A DNA stretch of 53,715 nucleotides from Clostridia bacterium (GCA_003563985.1 PWSR01000147.1:1-53715); one strand, 5' to 3'; shown: positions 37,209 to 46,502, counted from the stretch's first letter. Program-made: numbers and translations. The notes: generated by a model not told the origin, from the sequence alone.

Positions 37209-39068
37209 ATGGGCGAAGAGGATCGTCGGCAACGGTTGAAGGAGCGCGCCGCGGAATTCCCCGACTCGCCGGGCGTGTACCTCTTCCGGGACGCCACCGG
37301 CGAAGTCCTGTACGTCGGTAAGGCGATCTCGCTGCGCAATCGAGTTCGATCTTACTTTTCTTCCCCCTCGAGCCTGAATACGCGAACGATGCGGATGTTG
37401 GCCGAGGCTGTGGATATCGACTTCCTTCTGACGGATTCCGAGGTGGAGGCCCTCATATTCGAGGCCGACCTGATCAAGCGCCATCGTCCCCGGTTTAATG
37501 TACGATTGCGGGACGATAAGCAGTATCCATATATCGTGGTGACCACGGGGGATGATTACCCCCGGGTGGGTGTCGCCCGGCGGGTGGAACGCGACGAACA
37601 TCGTTATTTCGGTCCCTTCACCAATACCTCCTTGCTCCGCCGGGCCATGGAACTGTTGCGAAAGGTGTTCCCGTACCGTACCTGCACCGACTACGTCATG
37701 GAACACCGGCAGCGCCCGTGCTTGCATTACCACGTCGGGCGGTGCCTCGCACCCTGTACGCGCCCCATAGATCCCGGGGAGTACGATGATGTAATCGATG
37801 GTCTCCTCGGGTTTCTCGGGGGGCGCTCCCGGGAGTTGACCCGGGACCTGGAGGCGCGAATGGAAGAGGCCGCCGCGGAGTTGGACTTCGAGCGCGCTGC
37901 GCGGATCCGGGATCAGATTGATGCGTTGAAGACCTTCCGCGAGCAGCAGCGGAACCTGTCTGCACCTTCGGCCGAGGATATGGATGTCCTCGGCCTGGCG
38001 CGCCGCGGTGAAAGCGCCGCCATTACGCTCCTTTTCATGCGAGAGGGGCGGATCGTTGGCAACGATGGTTTCATTGTAGGGGCGCCCGAGGATACCGGCG
38101 ATGGGGAGATCCTGGGGGATACCCTGGTGGAGTATTATTCGCACTCCCTGCTCGTACCCAGGCGCATCCTCCTGCCGGTCGATCCACCCGACTCGCAGTC
38201 CCTGGAGAAATGGCTGGGGGAGAACCGGGGATCGCGGGTCTTCCTGCACCGCCCGGAGCGCGGGGAGAAACGGCGCCTGGTGGCCCTGGCCAACCGCAAC
38301 GCGGAATTGCTCCTGGACGACGAAGCCGCCTCGTCGGGTTCGATACGCCCCCTGGGGGAGCTGGAGGAGATCCTGGAATTGCCCGCCCCGCCGATCCGAA
38401 TCGAATGCTACGATATCTCCAATCTTTCCGGATCCTCGGCGGTCGGGTCCATGGTCGTCTTCGAGGACGGGCATCCGGCTCCCTACGGGTATCGACGCTT
38501 CCGGATCAAGGACGTCGACGAAATCGATGATTACGCCATGATGCGAGAGGTGTTGTCCCGGCGGGCGCGGCGACTGGATCGGTCCGAGGGGGCAAGCCAG
38601 GTCGCCGAGGACACGTCCTTCTCGGCGGTCCCCGATTTAATTGTCATCGACGGCGGCCCGGGGCACGTGGCCACGGCAAGGGAAGCCCTGGCGGAAACGC
38701 CACTGGAGGGAACGCCCATCCTTGGAATCGCCAAGCGCGAAGAACTCCTGTATCGCCCCGGGGAATCCGTACCCCTCACCCTCCCCGACGATTCCGACGC
38801 TCTGAAGCTCCTGCGTCGGATCCGCGACGAGGCCCATCGATTCGCCCTGGACTATCATCGGCGATTGCGAAGCAAGGGTGCAGTCCGTTCGCTCTTGGAC
38901 GACATCCCCGGGGTCGGCCCGCGGCGGCGCAATGCATTATTGGCGCACTTCACATCCATAGAAGCCATGACGGCGGCTACCGAGGAGGAGTTGGCGGCGG
39001 TACCGGGGATGACGCGGAGAGCCGCCCGGTCGGTGAAACGTTTCCTCGTGAAGAGGGCTGAGCGGTAA
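37209..39068 (+). CDS. uvrC: Excinuclease ABC subunit C
   Basis: GIY-YIG (GVYLFRDATGEVLYVGKAISLRNRV), UVR motif (LDFERAARIRDQI), C-terminal (HhH)2. ATG 37209 is 2 nt after the uvrA stop. The track ORF start at 37020 lies inside uvrA. Confidence 0.97.
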   Translation: MGEEDRRQRLKERAAEFPDSPGVYLFRDATGEVLYVGKAISLRNRVRSYFSSPSSLNTRTMRMLAEAVDIDFLLTDSEVEALIFEADLIKRHRPRFNVRLRDDKQYPYIVVTTGDDYPRVGVARRVERDEHRYFGPFTNTSLLRRAMELLRKVFPYRTCTDYVMEHRQRPCLHYHVGRCLAPCTRPIDPGEYDDVIDGLLGFLGGRSRELTRDLEARMEEAAAELDFERAARIRDQIDALKTFREQQRNLSAPSAEDMDVLGLARRGESAAITLLFMREGRIVGNDGFIVGAPEDTGDGEILGDTLVEYYSHSLLVPRRILLPVDPPDSQSLEKWLGENRGSRVFLHRPERGEKRRLVALANRNAELLLDDEAASSGSIRPLGELEEILELPAPPIRIECYDISNLSGSSAVGSMVVFEDGHPAPYGYRRFRIKDVDEIDDYAMMREVLSRRARRLDRSEGASQVAEDTSFSAVPDLIVIDGGPGHVATAREALAETPLEGTPILGIAKREELLYRPGESVPLTLPDDSDALKLLRRIRDEAHRFALDYHRRLRSKGAVRSLLDDIPGVGPRRRNALLAHFTSIEAMTAATEEELAAVPGMTRRAARSVKRFLVKRAER

Positions 39069-39351
39069 GAGATCCGCACCCCCACTGGGTTCCCCCGGCG
39101 GGTCTGCCATTGATTCCCGTCATCGCCCCGCCTCCATTCCCCTTTGTTTGCTCGCGCTGCGCTCGGGGTGGGTCCCTGCATCCCTCCCGCCTTCCGGCAA
39201 CGTCGCGGGACGATGGGTTGTCGCGTTTCCTTCGGCGTCGGTGCGCCGGTCGATCGGGTCCATCTTCCAGCCCGTGGACGCGAGGGGTTCCGGGGTACTT
39301 CCCCGTTCCTCGAAGTGCAACCGATCGTCGTCGGGCAGAGTATCTCGGCGA

Positions 39352-39819
39352 TCAATCGATGCCTTCGGAGAGGGATCCGGCGAAATCGGCCGCCCGCTCC
39401 AGGTCCGCTTCGTCGGGTTTGCCCCGGTTGATGCCCCCGATGATCGACAGGGGACCAAAGGTATCGTATCCGCGGCAGGAGAATTCGCCCACCACGCGGT
39501 ATCCCAGGTCTTCTACCCGGCGCCGGAGGCTCAGGTGGTAGGGACCGGGTGGGCCAAATCCGCGGGTCGAGAACAGGAAGGCGGCCCCGTCCCGAGCGGG
39601 GGGCAGGCGGGAGGCGAAGTGCAGGAGGCGCGGGTGATGGCGCAGGGCGTAGATACCCGAGCCAAGGCCGATGAGGTCGTATTCACCTAATATCGCCGGG
39701 TCGACGTCGTCTTCTGCGTCCAGGTCGAGTACGTCGGCGTCGAGGACACGGGCCATGGCGTCGGCAACGCGCCGGGTGTTCCCGTGGTGCGTCGATACGA
39801 AACAAATGATGCTTTTCAA
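39352..39819 (-). CDS. Flavodoxin-family protein
   Basis: MKSIICFVSTHHGNTRRVA FMN-phosphate loop and a short-chain flavodoxin-like length. Confidence 0.75.
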   Translation of the reverse strand: MKSIICFVSTHHGNTRRVADAMARVLDADVLDLDAEDDVDPAILGEYDLIGLGSGIYALRHHPRLLHFASRLPPARDGAAFLFSTRGFGPPGPYHLSLRRRVEDLGYRVVGEFSCRGYDTFGPLSIIGGINRGKPDEADLERAADFAGSLSEGID

Positions 39820-39957
39820 GTCGTCACCCCCGTATGGCTTCTTCCCCTCGAATGCTGGAATTCTCTTCTCGCGGGACGGTGTCCTCCCGGTGGCAGGAAG
39901 TGGCGTTTTGGAGCAGAATAAAAGTGTGTGGAATCGAGTCCCTGGGGGGCGTTTGCA

Positions 39958-40152
39958 TTGAACGAAAAGAAGACATTGCGGCGTTCGCGCCGCGAGAAGA
40001 TCCTGGCGGGGGTGTGCGGAGGCGTCGCGGACTATTTCTCCGTGGATCCCGTCCTGGTTCGATTGCTCTGGGCCGCCTTTGCCCTGCTCGAAGGCGCGGG
40101 TGTTCTATTGTACATCGTAGCGTGGATCGTGATGCCCGAAGGAGATGACTAG
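39958..40152 (+). CDS. PspC-domain small membrane protein (YvlC-like)
   Basis: LRRSRREKILAGVCGGVADYFSVDPVLVRLLW...YIVAWIVMP is a canonical PspC domain. The start is uncertain (TTG 39958 or track 39928). Confidence 0.8.
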   Translation: MNEKKTLRRSRREKILAGVCGGVADYFSVDPVLVRLLWAAFALLEGAGVLLYIVAWIVMPEGDD

Positions 40153-40155
40153 CGC

Positions 40156-40488
40156 TTGTTGCGGCGATTCCTTCTCAACGCCGTGGTCTTGATCGTCCTG
40201 GAGTGGGCCCTGCCCGGGGTCGAGGTCGTCGGCGGAGCCGGTACCATCCTGCTGGCCGCAGCCGTACTGGGTATCGTGAATGCGATCATACGGCCATTAC
40301 TCCTGGTGATCACGTTGCCGATCAATCTCTTGGTCCTGGGATTGTTCACCTTCGTCATCAATGCCCTGATGTTGATGCTCACGGCCGCCCTGGTACCTTC
40401 CTTCGTGATTCACGGGTTCTGGTGGGCCCTGTTGACCGCCGTACTCTTCAGTTTCGTCAGTGTCGCCCTATCCGCAGCACTGGATTGA
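40156..40488 (+). CDS. Four-TM holin-family-IV/YvlD-like membrane protein
   Basis: 110-aa hydrophobic protein with IVNAIIRPLLLVITLPINLLVLGLFTFVINALML, typical of the PF04020-type family. It follows the PspC gene as in B. subtilis yvlC-yvlD. Confidence 0.7.
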   Translation: MLRRFLLNAVVLIVLEWALPGVEVVGGAGTILLAAAVLGIVNAIIRPLLLVITLPINLLVLGLFTFVINALMLMLTAALVPSFVIHGFWWALLTAVLFSFVSVALSAALD

Positions 40489-40498
40489 GAAGGAGCCG

Positions 40499-41656
40499 AT
40501 GTCGATTCGTATCATCGTCGCCCCCGACAGCTACAAAGGCACCCTGACCGCCGCGGAGGCGGCCACGGCCATCGAAGAGGGCCTGCGCGCCACGTGGCCC
40601 CGCATCGACGTCGAGACAGTGCCCCTGGGCGACGGCGGGGACGGCACCGTGGAGGCGCTAAACGCGGCCCTGGATGGACGCTGGTTCGAGGCGGAAGTTC
40701 GCGATCCCCTGGGCGCACCGGTCCTCGCGCGATATGGGTTACTTCCCGATGGGACCGCCCTGGTGGATATGGCCAGCGCCTCCGGCCTGATCCTCGTCCC
40801 GGAGAATCGAAGAAATCCCTATTGCACATCCACGTACGGGACGGGCCAGCTCCTGCTGGCTGCGGGAGATCGTTCGCATCACGTGGTGATGGGCATCGGC
40901 GGCAGTGCAACGGTGGATTGTGGCGTCGGCATGGCCCGGGCGATGGGTGCGCGGTTCCTGGATGCGCAGGGAGAAGAAGTCCGCGGGGGTCCCGGGGAAT
41001 TCCCGCGCATCCGCGAGGTGGATTTCGGCGAAACGGCGCGACTATGGCGGCGCGAAGTTCGCCTGGAGATCATGTCCGACGTGGATAACCCCCTCGTGGG
41101 ATCCAGGGGAGCTGCCCGGGTATTTGGCCCGCAAAAGGGTGCCCGTCCGGAGGATGTGCCCGGCCTGGAGCGAGCGTTGTCCCACCTGGGGGAGCTGCTC
41201 TCCATCGAGGCGGACAGGGACGTGAGGAAGATTCCCGGTGCCGGTGCCGCCGGGGGTATGGGCGCCATGCTGGTGGCCATGCTGGGGGCGCGGCTCTTGC
41301 CCGGGGCGGAGCTGGCCCTGGACCTGGTGCGCTTCGACGAGCGCTTGCCGGGATGCGATCTGGTGGTCACCGGGGAGGGTCGCCTGGATGCCCAAACGCT
41401 GAGCGGAAAACTTCCCCTGGTGGTGGCGCAGAGGGCGCGGCGATGGGACGTTCCCGTGGCGGTGCTGCCCGGTTCCCTGGAGCCCGGTTCACAGGCGCAG
41501 TTGGCCGAGCGTTTCGACTACATCGAACCGTGCTTCGAGGTGGGTAAGTGCGAAGGGTCCCCCGGCCGGGTCCGGGCCCGGGTTGCCCTGGTCGCCGCCT
41601 CGAGCCGGTTGGCAACCCGGATACGGGGCGGAGAAGCGCATTCCACGAGGAGGTAG
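40499..41656 (+). CDS. Glycerate kinase
   Basis: IIVAPDSYKGTL, PLGDGGDGT, GIGGSATVDCG and VVTGEGRLDAQT motifs. ATG 40499 follows GAAGGAG. Confidence 0.9.
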   Translation: MSIRIIVAPDSYKGTLTAAEAATAIEEGLRATWPRIDVETVPLGDGGDGTVEALNAALDGRWFEAEVRDPLGAPVLARYGLLPDGTALVDMASASGLILVPENRRNPYCTSTYGTGQLLLAAGDRSHHVVMGIGGSATVDCGVGMARAMGARFLDAQGEEVRGGPGEFPRIREVDFGETARLWRREVRLEIMSDVDNPLVGSRGAARVFGPQKGARPEDVPGLERALSHLGELLSIEADRDVRKIPGAGAAGGMGAMLVAMLGARLLPGAELALDLVRFDERLPGCDLVVTGEGRLDAQTLSGKLPLVVAQRARRWDVPVAVLPGSLEPGSQAQLAERFDYIEPCFEVGKCEGSPGRVRARVALVAASSRLATRIRGGEAHSTRR

Positions 41657-41659
41657 TTC

Positions 41660-42640
41660 ATGTCATCCAAGCCGAGGGTATACGTGACGCGGAGGATACC
41701 GGAAGAAGGAATCGACATCCTCAGGTCGTGCGCGGAGGTCCGCGTGTGGCCGCACCGACTGCCCCCATCCCGGGATGTCCTCCTTCGCGAGGTGGGGGAG
41801 GCCGATGGGCTCCTGTCCCTGCTCACCGATGGAATCGATGCGGAACTGATCGAGGCCGCGCCGCGCCTTCGGGTCATCAGCAACTACGCGGTGGGGTACG
41901 ATAACATCGACGTGCCCGCCGCCACCGCCCGCGGGATTTGGGTGACCAATACCCCCGGTGTGTTGACCGAGGCGACCGCCGATTTCACATTTGCGCTGCT
42001 GCTGGCCGCCGCCCGCCGCATCGTCGAGGGGGATCGGGAGACTCGCTGCGGTGGCTGGTTGACCTGGGAGCCGCAATACTTGCTGGGCGCCGACGTCCAC
42101 GGCGCGACCCTGGGTATCATCGGCATGGGTCGAATCGGGGAGGCCGTCGCCCGGCGCGCCCGCGGGTTCTCCATGCGGGTCCTCTATACCGATCCGAATC
42201 CGCGAGGCGATCTGGAATCGGCCCTCGGGATCGAACCGGCGGCCCTCGATACCCTGCTGGGTGATTCGGACTTCATCAGCCTCCACGCACCCCTCACCCC
42301 CGATACGGAGCACCTCCTCGGTCCCGATGCCTTTGCGGCCATGCGGCGGGGTACGATCCTGGTGAACACCGCCCGCGGGGAACTGGTCGATGAAGCTGCC
42401 CTGGTTGTGGCATTGCGCGACGGGACGGTGGGGGCTGCCGGGCTGGATGTCTACGCCGAGGAACCCCTGCCGGCGGATCATCCCCTGGCTTGTTTGCCCA
42501 ACGTGGTATTGGCTCCGCACCTGGGGAGTGCCACGGTCGGTGCGCGGCGAGACATGGCGACCATGGCTGCCCACAACCTGGTGGCGGCTCTATCCGGACG
42601 TCGACCCGCGCACCCGGTGAACTCTCCCGTATCCTCGTAG
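41660..42640 (+). CDS. D-2-hydroxyacid dehydrogenase (glyoxylate/hydroxypyruvate reductase-like)
   Basis: GIIGMGRIGEAVARRA NAD loop, NTARG, and the catalytic His region LAPHLGSAT. Confidence 0.9.
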   Translation: MSSKPRVYVTRRIPEEGIDILRSCAEVRVWPHRLPPSRDVLLREVGEADGLLSLLTDGIDAELIEAAPRLRVISNYAVGYDNIDVPAATARGIWVTNTPGVLTEATADFTFALLLAAARRIVEGDRETRCGGWLTWEPQYLLGADVHGATLGIIGMGRIGEAVARRARGFSMRVLYTDPNPRGDLESALGIEPAALDTLLGDSDFISLHAPLTPDTEHLLGPDAFAAMRRGTILVNTARGELVDEAALVVALRDGTVGAAGLDVYAEEPLPADHPLACLPNVVLAPHLGSATVGARRDMATMAAHNLVAALSGRRPAHPVNSPVSS

Positions 42641-42767
42641 CTCCGGGACGGCCGGCGCTTTAGTCTATACATCGTGATACATAGCCCATTCGGCTATAGG
42701 ATCGGGGCCCTCTAACCCGTAATCCATATCGGACGGACGATGTTGGATCGGGTGAGGAGGGTTCCCC

Positions 42768-43127
42768 TTGGAGGAACTCGGAAACCGGCTCCGTCGCTAT
42801 CGCGAGCGGGCCGGATTGAGCATTTACGACGTCGAAAAAGTGGTCGGTCGCCATTTTACCACCATCAGTAAGTACGAGCGCGGGGAACGGCAGCCCAGCA
42901 TCGAGATCCTGGGTGAGCTGGCCGCCACCTACGACGTGCCGCTGGGTCGGTTGGTCGCGGAGGTGGCCGATGCCGAGGAGCTGGTCGCCGAGGAAGTATT
43001 GATCGCGGCGCGAATCCTGGAGCGACGACCGGACGTCGTAGACCTACTTCCCGACCTGGAATCCCTGGATCCCCTGCAAATCGATGCCCTGCATCACTTC
43101 CTCCGATCTCTCCTTTCCTCCGAGTAG
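42768..43127 (+). CDS. XRE-family helix-turn-helix transcriptional regulator
   Basis: LRRYRERAGLSIYDVEKVVGRHFTTISKYERGERQPSIEIL. Confidence 0.85.
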   Translation: MEELGNRLRRYRERAGLSIYDVEKVVGRHFTTISKYERGERQPSIEILGELAATYDVPLGRLVAEVADAEELVAEEVLIAARILERRPDVVDLLPDLESLDPLQIDALHHFLRSLLSSE

Positions 43128-43233
43128 TCGCCCGGGAAAGACTCCATGGCCCTTGCGCCCGCGCCCCCCTGGTCGTAGAGTGATGATAGTTACGGATATA
43201 CGCGGGCCCTCGCCCGCGCCGGAGGTGGAACCC

Positions 43234-43842
43234 GTGAACAGAAAACTATACAGATCGCGAAAACACCGGGTTATCGGTGGAGTCTGCGGTGGCCTGGCGG
43301 AGTACCTAAATACCGATCCGGTAGCGATTCGCCTGGTCTGGCTGCTCTTGGTCCTGGTCGGAGGGACCGGGGTATTGCTGTACCTGTTGGCCTGGATCAT
43401 CATGCCCGATGAGAAATCAGTTCGCCCCGGCGCTCCGGTCGCCCCGGCGGAGCCGGTGCAGTCCGTCCCATCCCCCCGCGGGGCGACCCCCGCGGCACAG
43501 CGGGACGAGGTGGCCGCCGAGCCGGAGCCCCAGGATATCGCACGGCGGACGCGCATCGGGGGCGCTATTCTCATCGCCGTGGGTGCCTACTTCCTCATCG
43601 ATAGGCTGGTGTACTTCGATCTCTCCGCTTGGTGGCCCGTCCTCTTGATCCTGGGTGGAGTTGCCCTACTACTTTCGAGCCGGAACTGTGCCGTGGAAGA
43701 GGCACCGCCGCCGGCCACTGGGACGCGCCAGGGCAACGCGGCGCCTCCGCCCGAAGCGTCGCGGGAAGAGATCGCGACCCCCGAGGCCGAGGAAGTCGAG
43801 GGCGATGCATCGAAGGAAGAGGAAGAGACCAGGGAAGACTAA
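43234..43842 (+). CDS. PspC-domain membrane protein with Pro-rich linker, extra TM helices and an acidic tail
   Basis: LYRSRKHRVIGGVCGGLAEYLNTDPVAIRLVW...LLAWIIMP. GTG 43234 lies 8 nt after GGAGG. The track start at 43084 overlaps the XRE gene. Confidence 0.8.
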   Translation: MNRKLYRSRKHRVIGGVCGGLAEYLNTDPVAIRLVWLLLVLVGGTGVLLYLLAWIIMPDEKSVRPGAPVAPAEPVQSVPSPRGATPAAQRDEVAAEPEPQDIARRTRIGGAILIAVGAYFLIDRLVYFDLSAWWPVLLILGGVALLLSSRNCAVEEAPPPATGTRQGNAAPPPEASREEIATPEAEEVEGDASKEEEETRED

Positions 43843-43883
43843 GCGCCGATTCGAATTCGAGGAGCTGTGGCCGGGTGGAGAGC

Positions 43884-44777
43884 GTGCGGTTTGTCATCAT
43901 CACCGGACTTTCGGGGGCGGGCAAGACCGTCGCGCTGCGGGCGATGGAGGATCTCGGTTACTTTTGCATCGATAATCTGCCCCCGGCGCTGATTCCACGA
44001 TTTGCACAGCTGCTCGCGGCCCCGGAGAACCTGGTCGATCGGGTGGCGCTGGTGATCGATGTGCGCGGGGGCGCCTTTTTCCAACAGATACGCCGGGCCC
44101 TCGACGAGATCGAAGGCCGCGTCGCCGTACTCTTCCTGGAGGCCGACGATGCCACCCTCATCCGGAGATTCAAGGAGACACGCCGGAGCCACCCCCTCTC
44201 CCGCGAGGGCAGCATGCGGGAGATTCTGGACCGGGAGCGTTCCCTGCTATCGAGTCTCCGGGAACGCGCGCACCACGTTGTCGATACCTCGGAGATGCAG
44301 CCCTCGGACTTGAGGAACCGGGTATTCCAGGTCTTCGGCGACGGCGGACCCGGAGTGGGGCCCTACGTATCCGTGGTGTCCTTCGGATTCAAGAATGGTA
44401 TCCCATCGGACGCGGACCTGGTTTTCGATGTCCGGTTTCTTCCCAACCCCCATTACGACGAGGCCCTTCGACCCCTGACCGGCCTCGATCCGGCCGTGCG
44501 GGAGTTCGTCGCTTCCGCGGCGGTGACCCAGGAATTCTTCGTCCGACTCGTGGATTTGATGGATTTCCTGGTGCCCCACTACCGGGCGGAGGGCAAGACG
44601 CAACTGGTGGTGGCCATCGGGTGTACCGGGGGACGCCATCGCTCCGTGGTGTTGGCCCGGATGCTGGGGGAACATCTTCGGGAGACGGGGGTATCCGTTA
44701 CCGTGGAGCACCGCGCGATTAACCGCGAGTTCGATGGGAGCCGGGACGCCTTCGAGGAGGGTCGTGAGGCCAAGTGA
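43884..44777 (+). CDS. rapZ: RNase adapter / nucleotide-binding protein RapZ (YvcJ)
   Basis: FVIITGLSGAGKT Walker A and the C-terminal GCTGGRHRSV motif. GTG at 43884. The track start at 43629 overlaps the upstream gene. Confidence 0.92.
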   Translation: MRFVIITGLSGAGKTVALRAMEDLGYFCIDNLPPALIPRFAQLLAAPENLVDRVALVIDVRGGAFFQQIRRALDEIEGRVAVLFLEADDATLIRRFKETRRSHPLSREGSMREILDRERSLLSSLRERAHHVVDTSEMQPSDLRNRVFQVFGDGGPGVGPYVSVVSFGFKNGIPSDADLVFDVRFLPNPHYDEALRPLTGLDPAVREFVASAAVTQEFFVRLVDLMDFLVPHYRAEGKTQLVVAIGCTGGRHRSVVLARMLGEHLRETGVSVTVEHRAINREFDGSRDAFEEGREAK

Positions 44778-45691
44778 CGCGGCGACGGAGCGGCACCACC
44801 CGGGATGTGGCGTCTTTTTCTCGTCACGTGAAGGATGAACTGTCCCGTGCGCCCTTGCCGAGGGATCCCCGGGGAATCCGCGCGGAGGTGGCGGGCTTTC
44901 TCGTGAGCCCCGACAGGGGAACGGCCGCGGAGGATCCCGCCCATATCATCGTCTCCACCGGTCATCCGGGATCGGCGCGCCGCTTGTATAATCTTTGGAA
45001 TGCCCTCTTTGGATCCCGTGCGGGCCTGGATGCGGTCCGGAGCAATCGATTTGATCGCAGACTGTCCTTCCGGGTATCCCTGCCCCGGGACATCGCGGAG
45101 GACCTGGTGGGGACAGAGTACGCCCTTCCCGCCTCCGAACTGGAGATCGCCCGGGCCTACCTGCGGGGGGTTTTCCTGATCGGTGGATCGATCAACGATC
45201 CGCGGTCCGGCTACCACCTCGAGCTCCGATGCTTCTCATGGGATGTGGCGGAGAAGGTCTCGCGGCTCCTGTTAGAGACCGAAGTCAAGGTGCCGGCGAC
45301 CTCGGGGACCGTGGTATACGTCAAGGATGCAGAATCAATAGCGGATTTCCTGCGGATCGTGGGTGCGTCTCGGTCCCTGCTGAGATTCGAGGATATCCGG
45401 GTGATGCGCGCGGTGCGCAACCGGGTCAATCGGCGCGTCAACTTCGAGACCGCCAACGTGAGCAAATCCGTGGAAGCCGCTTTGAAGCAACTCGAAGACG
45501 TCGAGGCACTGGGTCCCGCGGTCCTGGAAGGCCTCTCCGCCCGGACGCGAGAGGTACTTCATCTTCGGTTGGAGCATCCCGAGGCGAGTCTCCGGGAACT
45601 GGGGGAGCTGGCGAATCCGCCGATCACGAAGTCCACGGTGGAGTACCATTTTCGAAAGATCCGCCAGTTGGCGGGCCGAGAATCGGACTAG
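44774..45691 (+). CDS. whiA: DNA-binding protein WhiA
   Basis: LAGLIDADG-like core (AYLRGVFLIGGSINDP) and a C-terminal HTH (LRELGELANPPITKSTVEYHFRKI). The GTG start overlaps the rapZ stop (GTGA). Confidence 0.92.
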   Translation: MTRRRSGTTRDVASFSRHVKDELSRAPLPRDPRGIRAEVAGFLVSPDRGTAAEDPAHIIVSTGHPGSARRLYNLWNALFGSRAGLDAVRSNRFDRRLSFRVSLPRDIAEDLVGTEYALPASELEIARAYLRGVFLIGGSINDPRSGYHLELRCFSWDVAEKVSRLLLETEVKVPATSGTVVYVKDAESIADFLRIVGASRSLLRFEDIRVMRAVRNRVNRRVNFETANVSKSVEAALKQLEDVEALGPAVLEGLSARTREVLHLRLEHPEASLRELGELANPPITKSTVEYHFRKIRQLAGRESD

Positions 45692-45724
45692 GGCCGGTGG
45701 TTCGCCGCAGGAGCGGCGGCTCCG

Positions 45725-46450
45725 ATGTCGAAGATCCGAAGGAGCTTGTTCGAATTTTCCCGAACTGCGCAGCCGCGTTTTCCGCAGGGGAAAGGGAGAA
45801 GTGTCATCGAGAGGAATATCCCCGACGTTACCATCAGCAGACTGCCCGCCTATCTACGCGTCCTCCACGAGCTGCAAAGCGAGGGCGAGAGCATCGTATC
45901 ATCGTCCAAGATGGGGAGTCTCACGGGTTTTTCTTCGGAACAGATTCGCAAGGATTTGGCCTATTTCGGGGCGTTCGGTACCCGGGGCCTGGGATATAAC
46001 GCGGAAGTCTTGGAAGATCGGATTCGCGGGATACTCGGCTTGGATCGTCCCGTACACCTGGCACTGGTGGGATGCGGCAACATCGGCCAGGCGGTGGTGC
46101 GTTACAGCCGCGCGCAGCATCGCCACCTGGACATCCGGTACCTATTCGACGTGGATCCCGCGCTGGTGGGAACCGAGATCGCCGGCCTCGAGATCCGTCA
46201 CGCCGACGAGTTGGAGCGAGTGCTGGGGGGCGAGGGGATTCGATTGGCGGTGCTGGCCGTCCCGGCCGAGGCGGCCCGGGATACCTCGGTGCGATTGGTC
46301 CGGGCGGGCGTGCGAGCGATCTTGAATTTCGCCCCGGTGCACCTCGACGTGCCCGAGCACGTGGTGGTCCGCACCGTCGACCTCACCTCGGAACTGGAGA
46401 GTCTGGCCTATTACGCCCGCGAGAACGACGCGGGCCCCGACGGAGGATGA
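45725..46450 (+). CDS. rex: Redox-sensing transcriptional repressor Rex
   Basis: ISRLPAYLRVL winged helix, SSEQIRKDLAYFG, Rossmann GCGNIGQA. It has about 25 aa more at the N-terminus than typical Rex proteins. Confidence 0.9.
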   Translation: MSKIRRSLFEFSRTAQPRFPQGKGRSVIERNIPDVTISRLPAYLRVLHELQSEGESIVSSSKMGSLTGFSSEQIRKDLAYFGAFGTRGLGYNAEVLEDRIRGILGLDRPVHLALVGCGNIGQAVVRYSRAQHRHLDIRYLFDVDPALVGTEIAGLEIRHADELERVLGGEGIRLAVLAVPAEAARDTSVRLVRAGVRAILNFAPVHLDVPEHVVVRTVDLTSELESLAYYARENDAGPDGG

Positions 46451-46502
46451 AACCTTGGGTGCCGGTACGGTTTGGAGTCGACTCGTTTTTCACATCGGGA
46501 CC

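Noticed and set aside
45748-45765. Inverted repeat GTTCG-N8-CGAAC near the 5' end of rex, as a possible autoregulatory Rex operator.
   Set aside because: It does not match the Rex box consensus (TTGTGAA-N4-TTCACAA type). It lies inside the best-supported rex ORF, and it is short enough to occur by chance.
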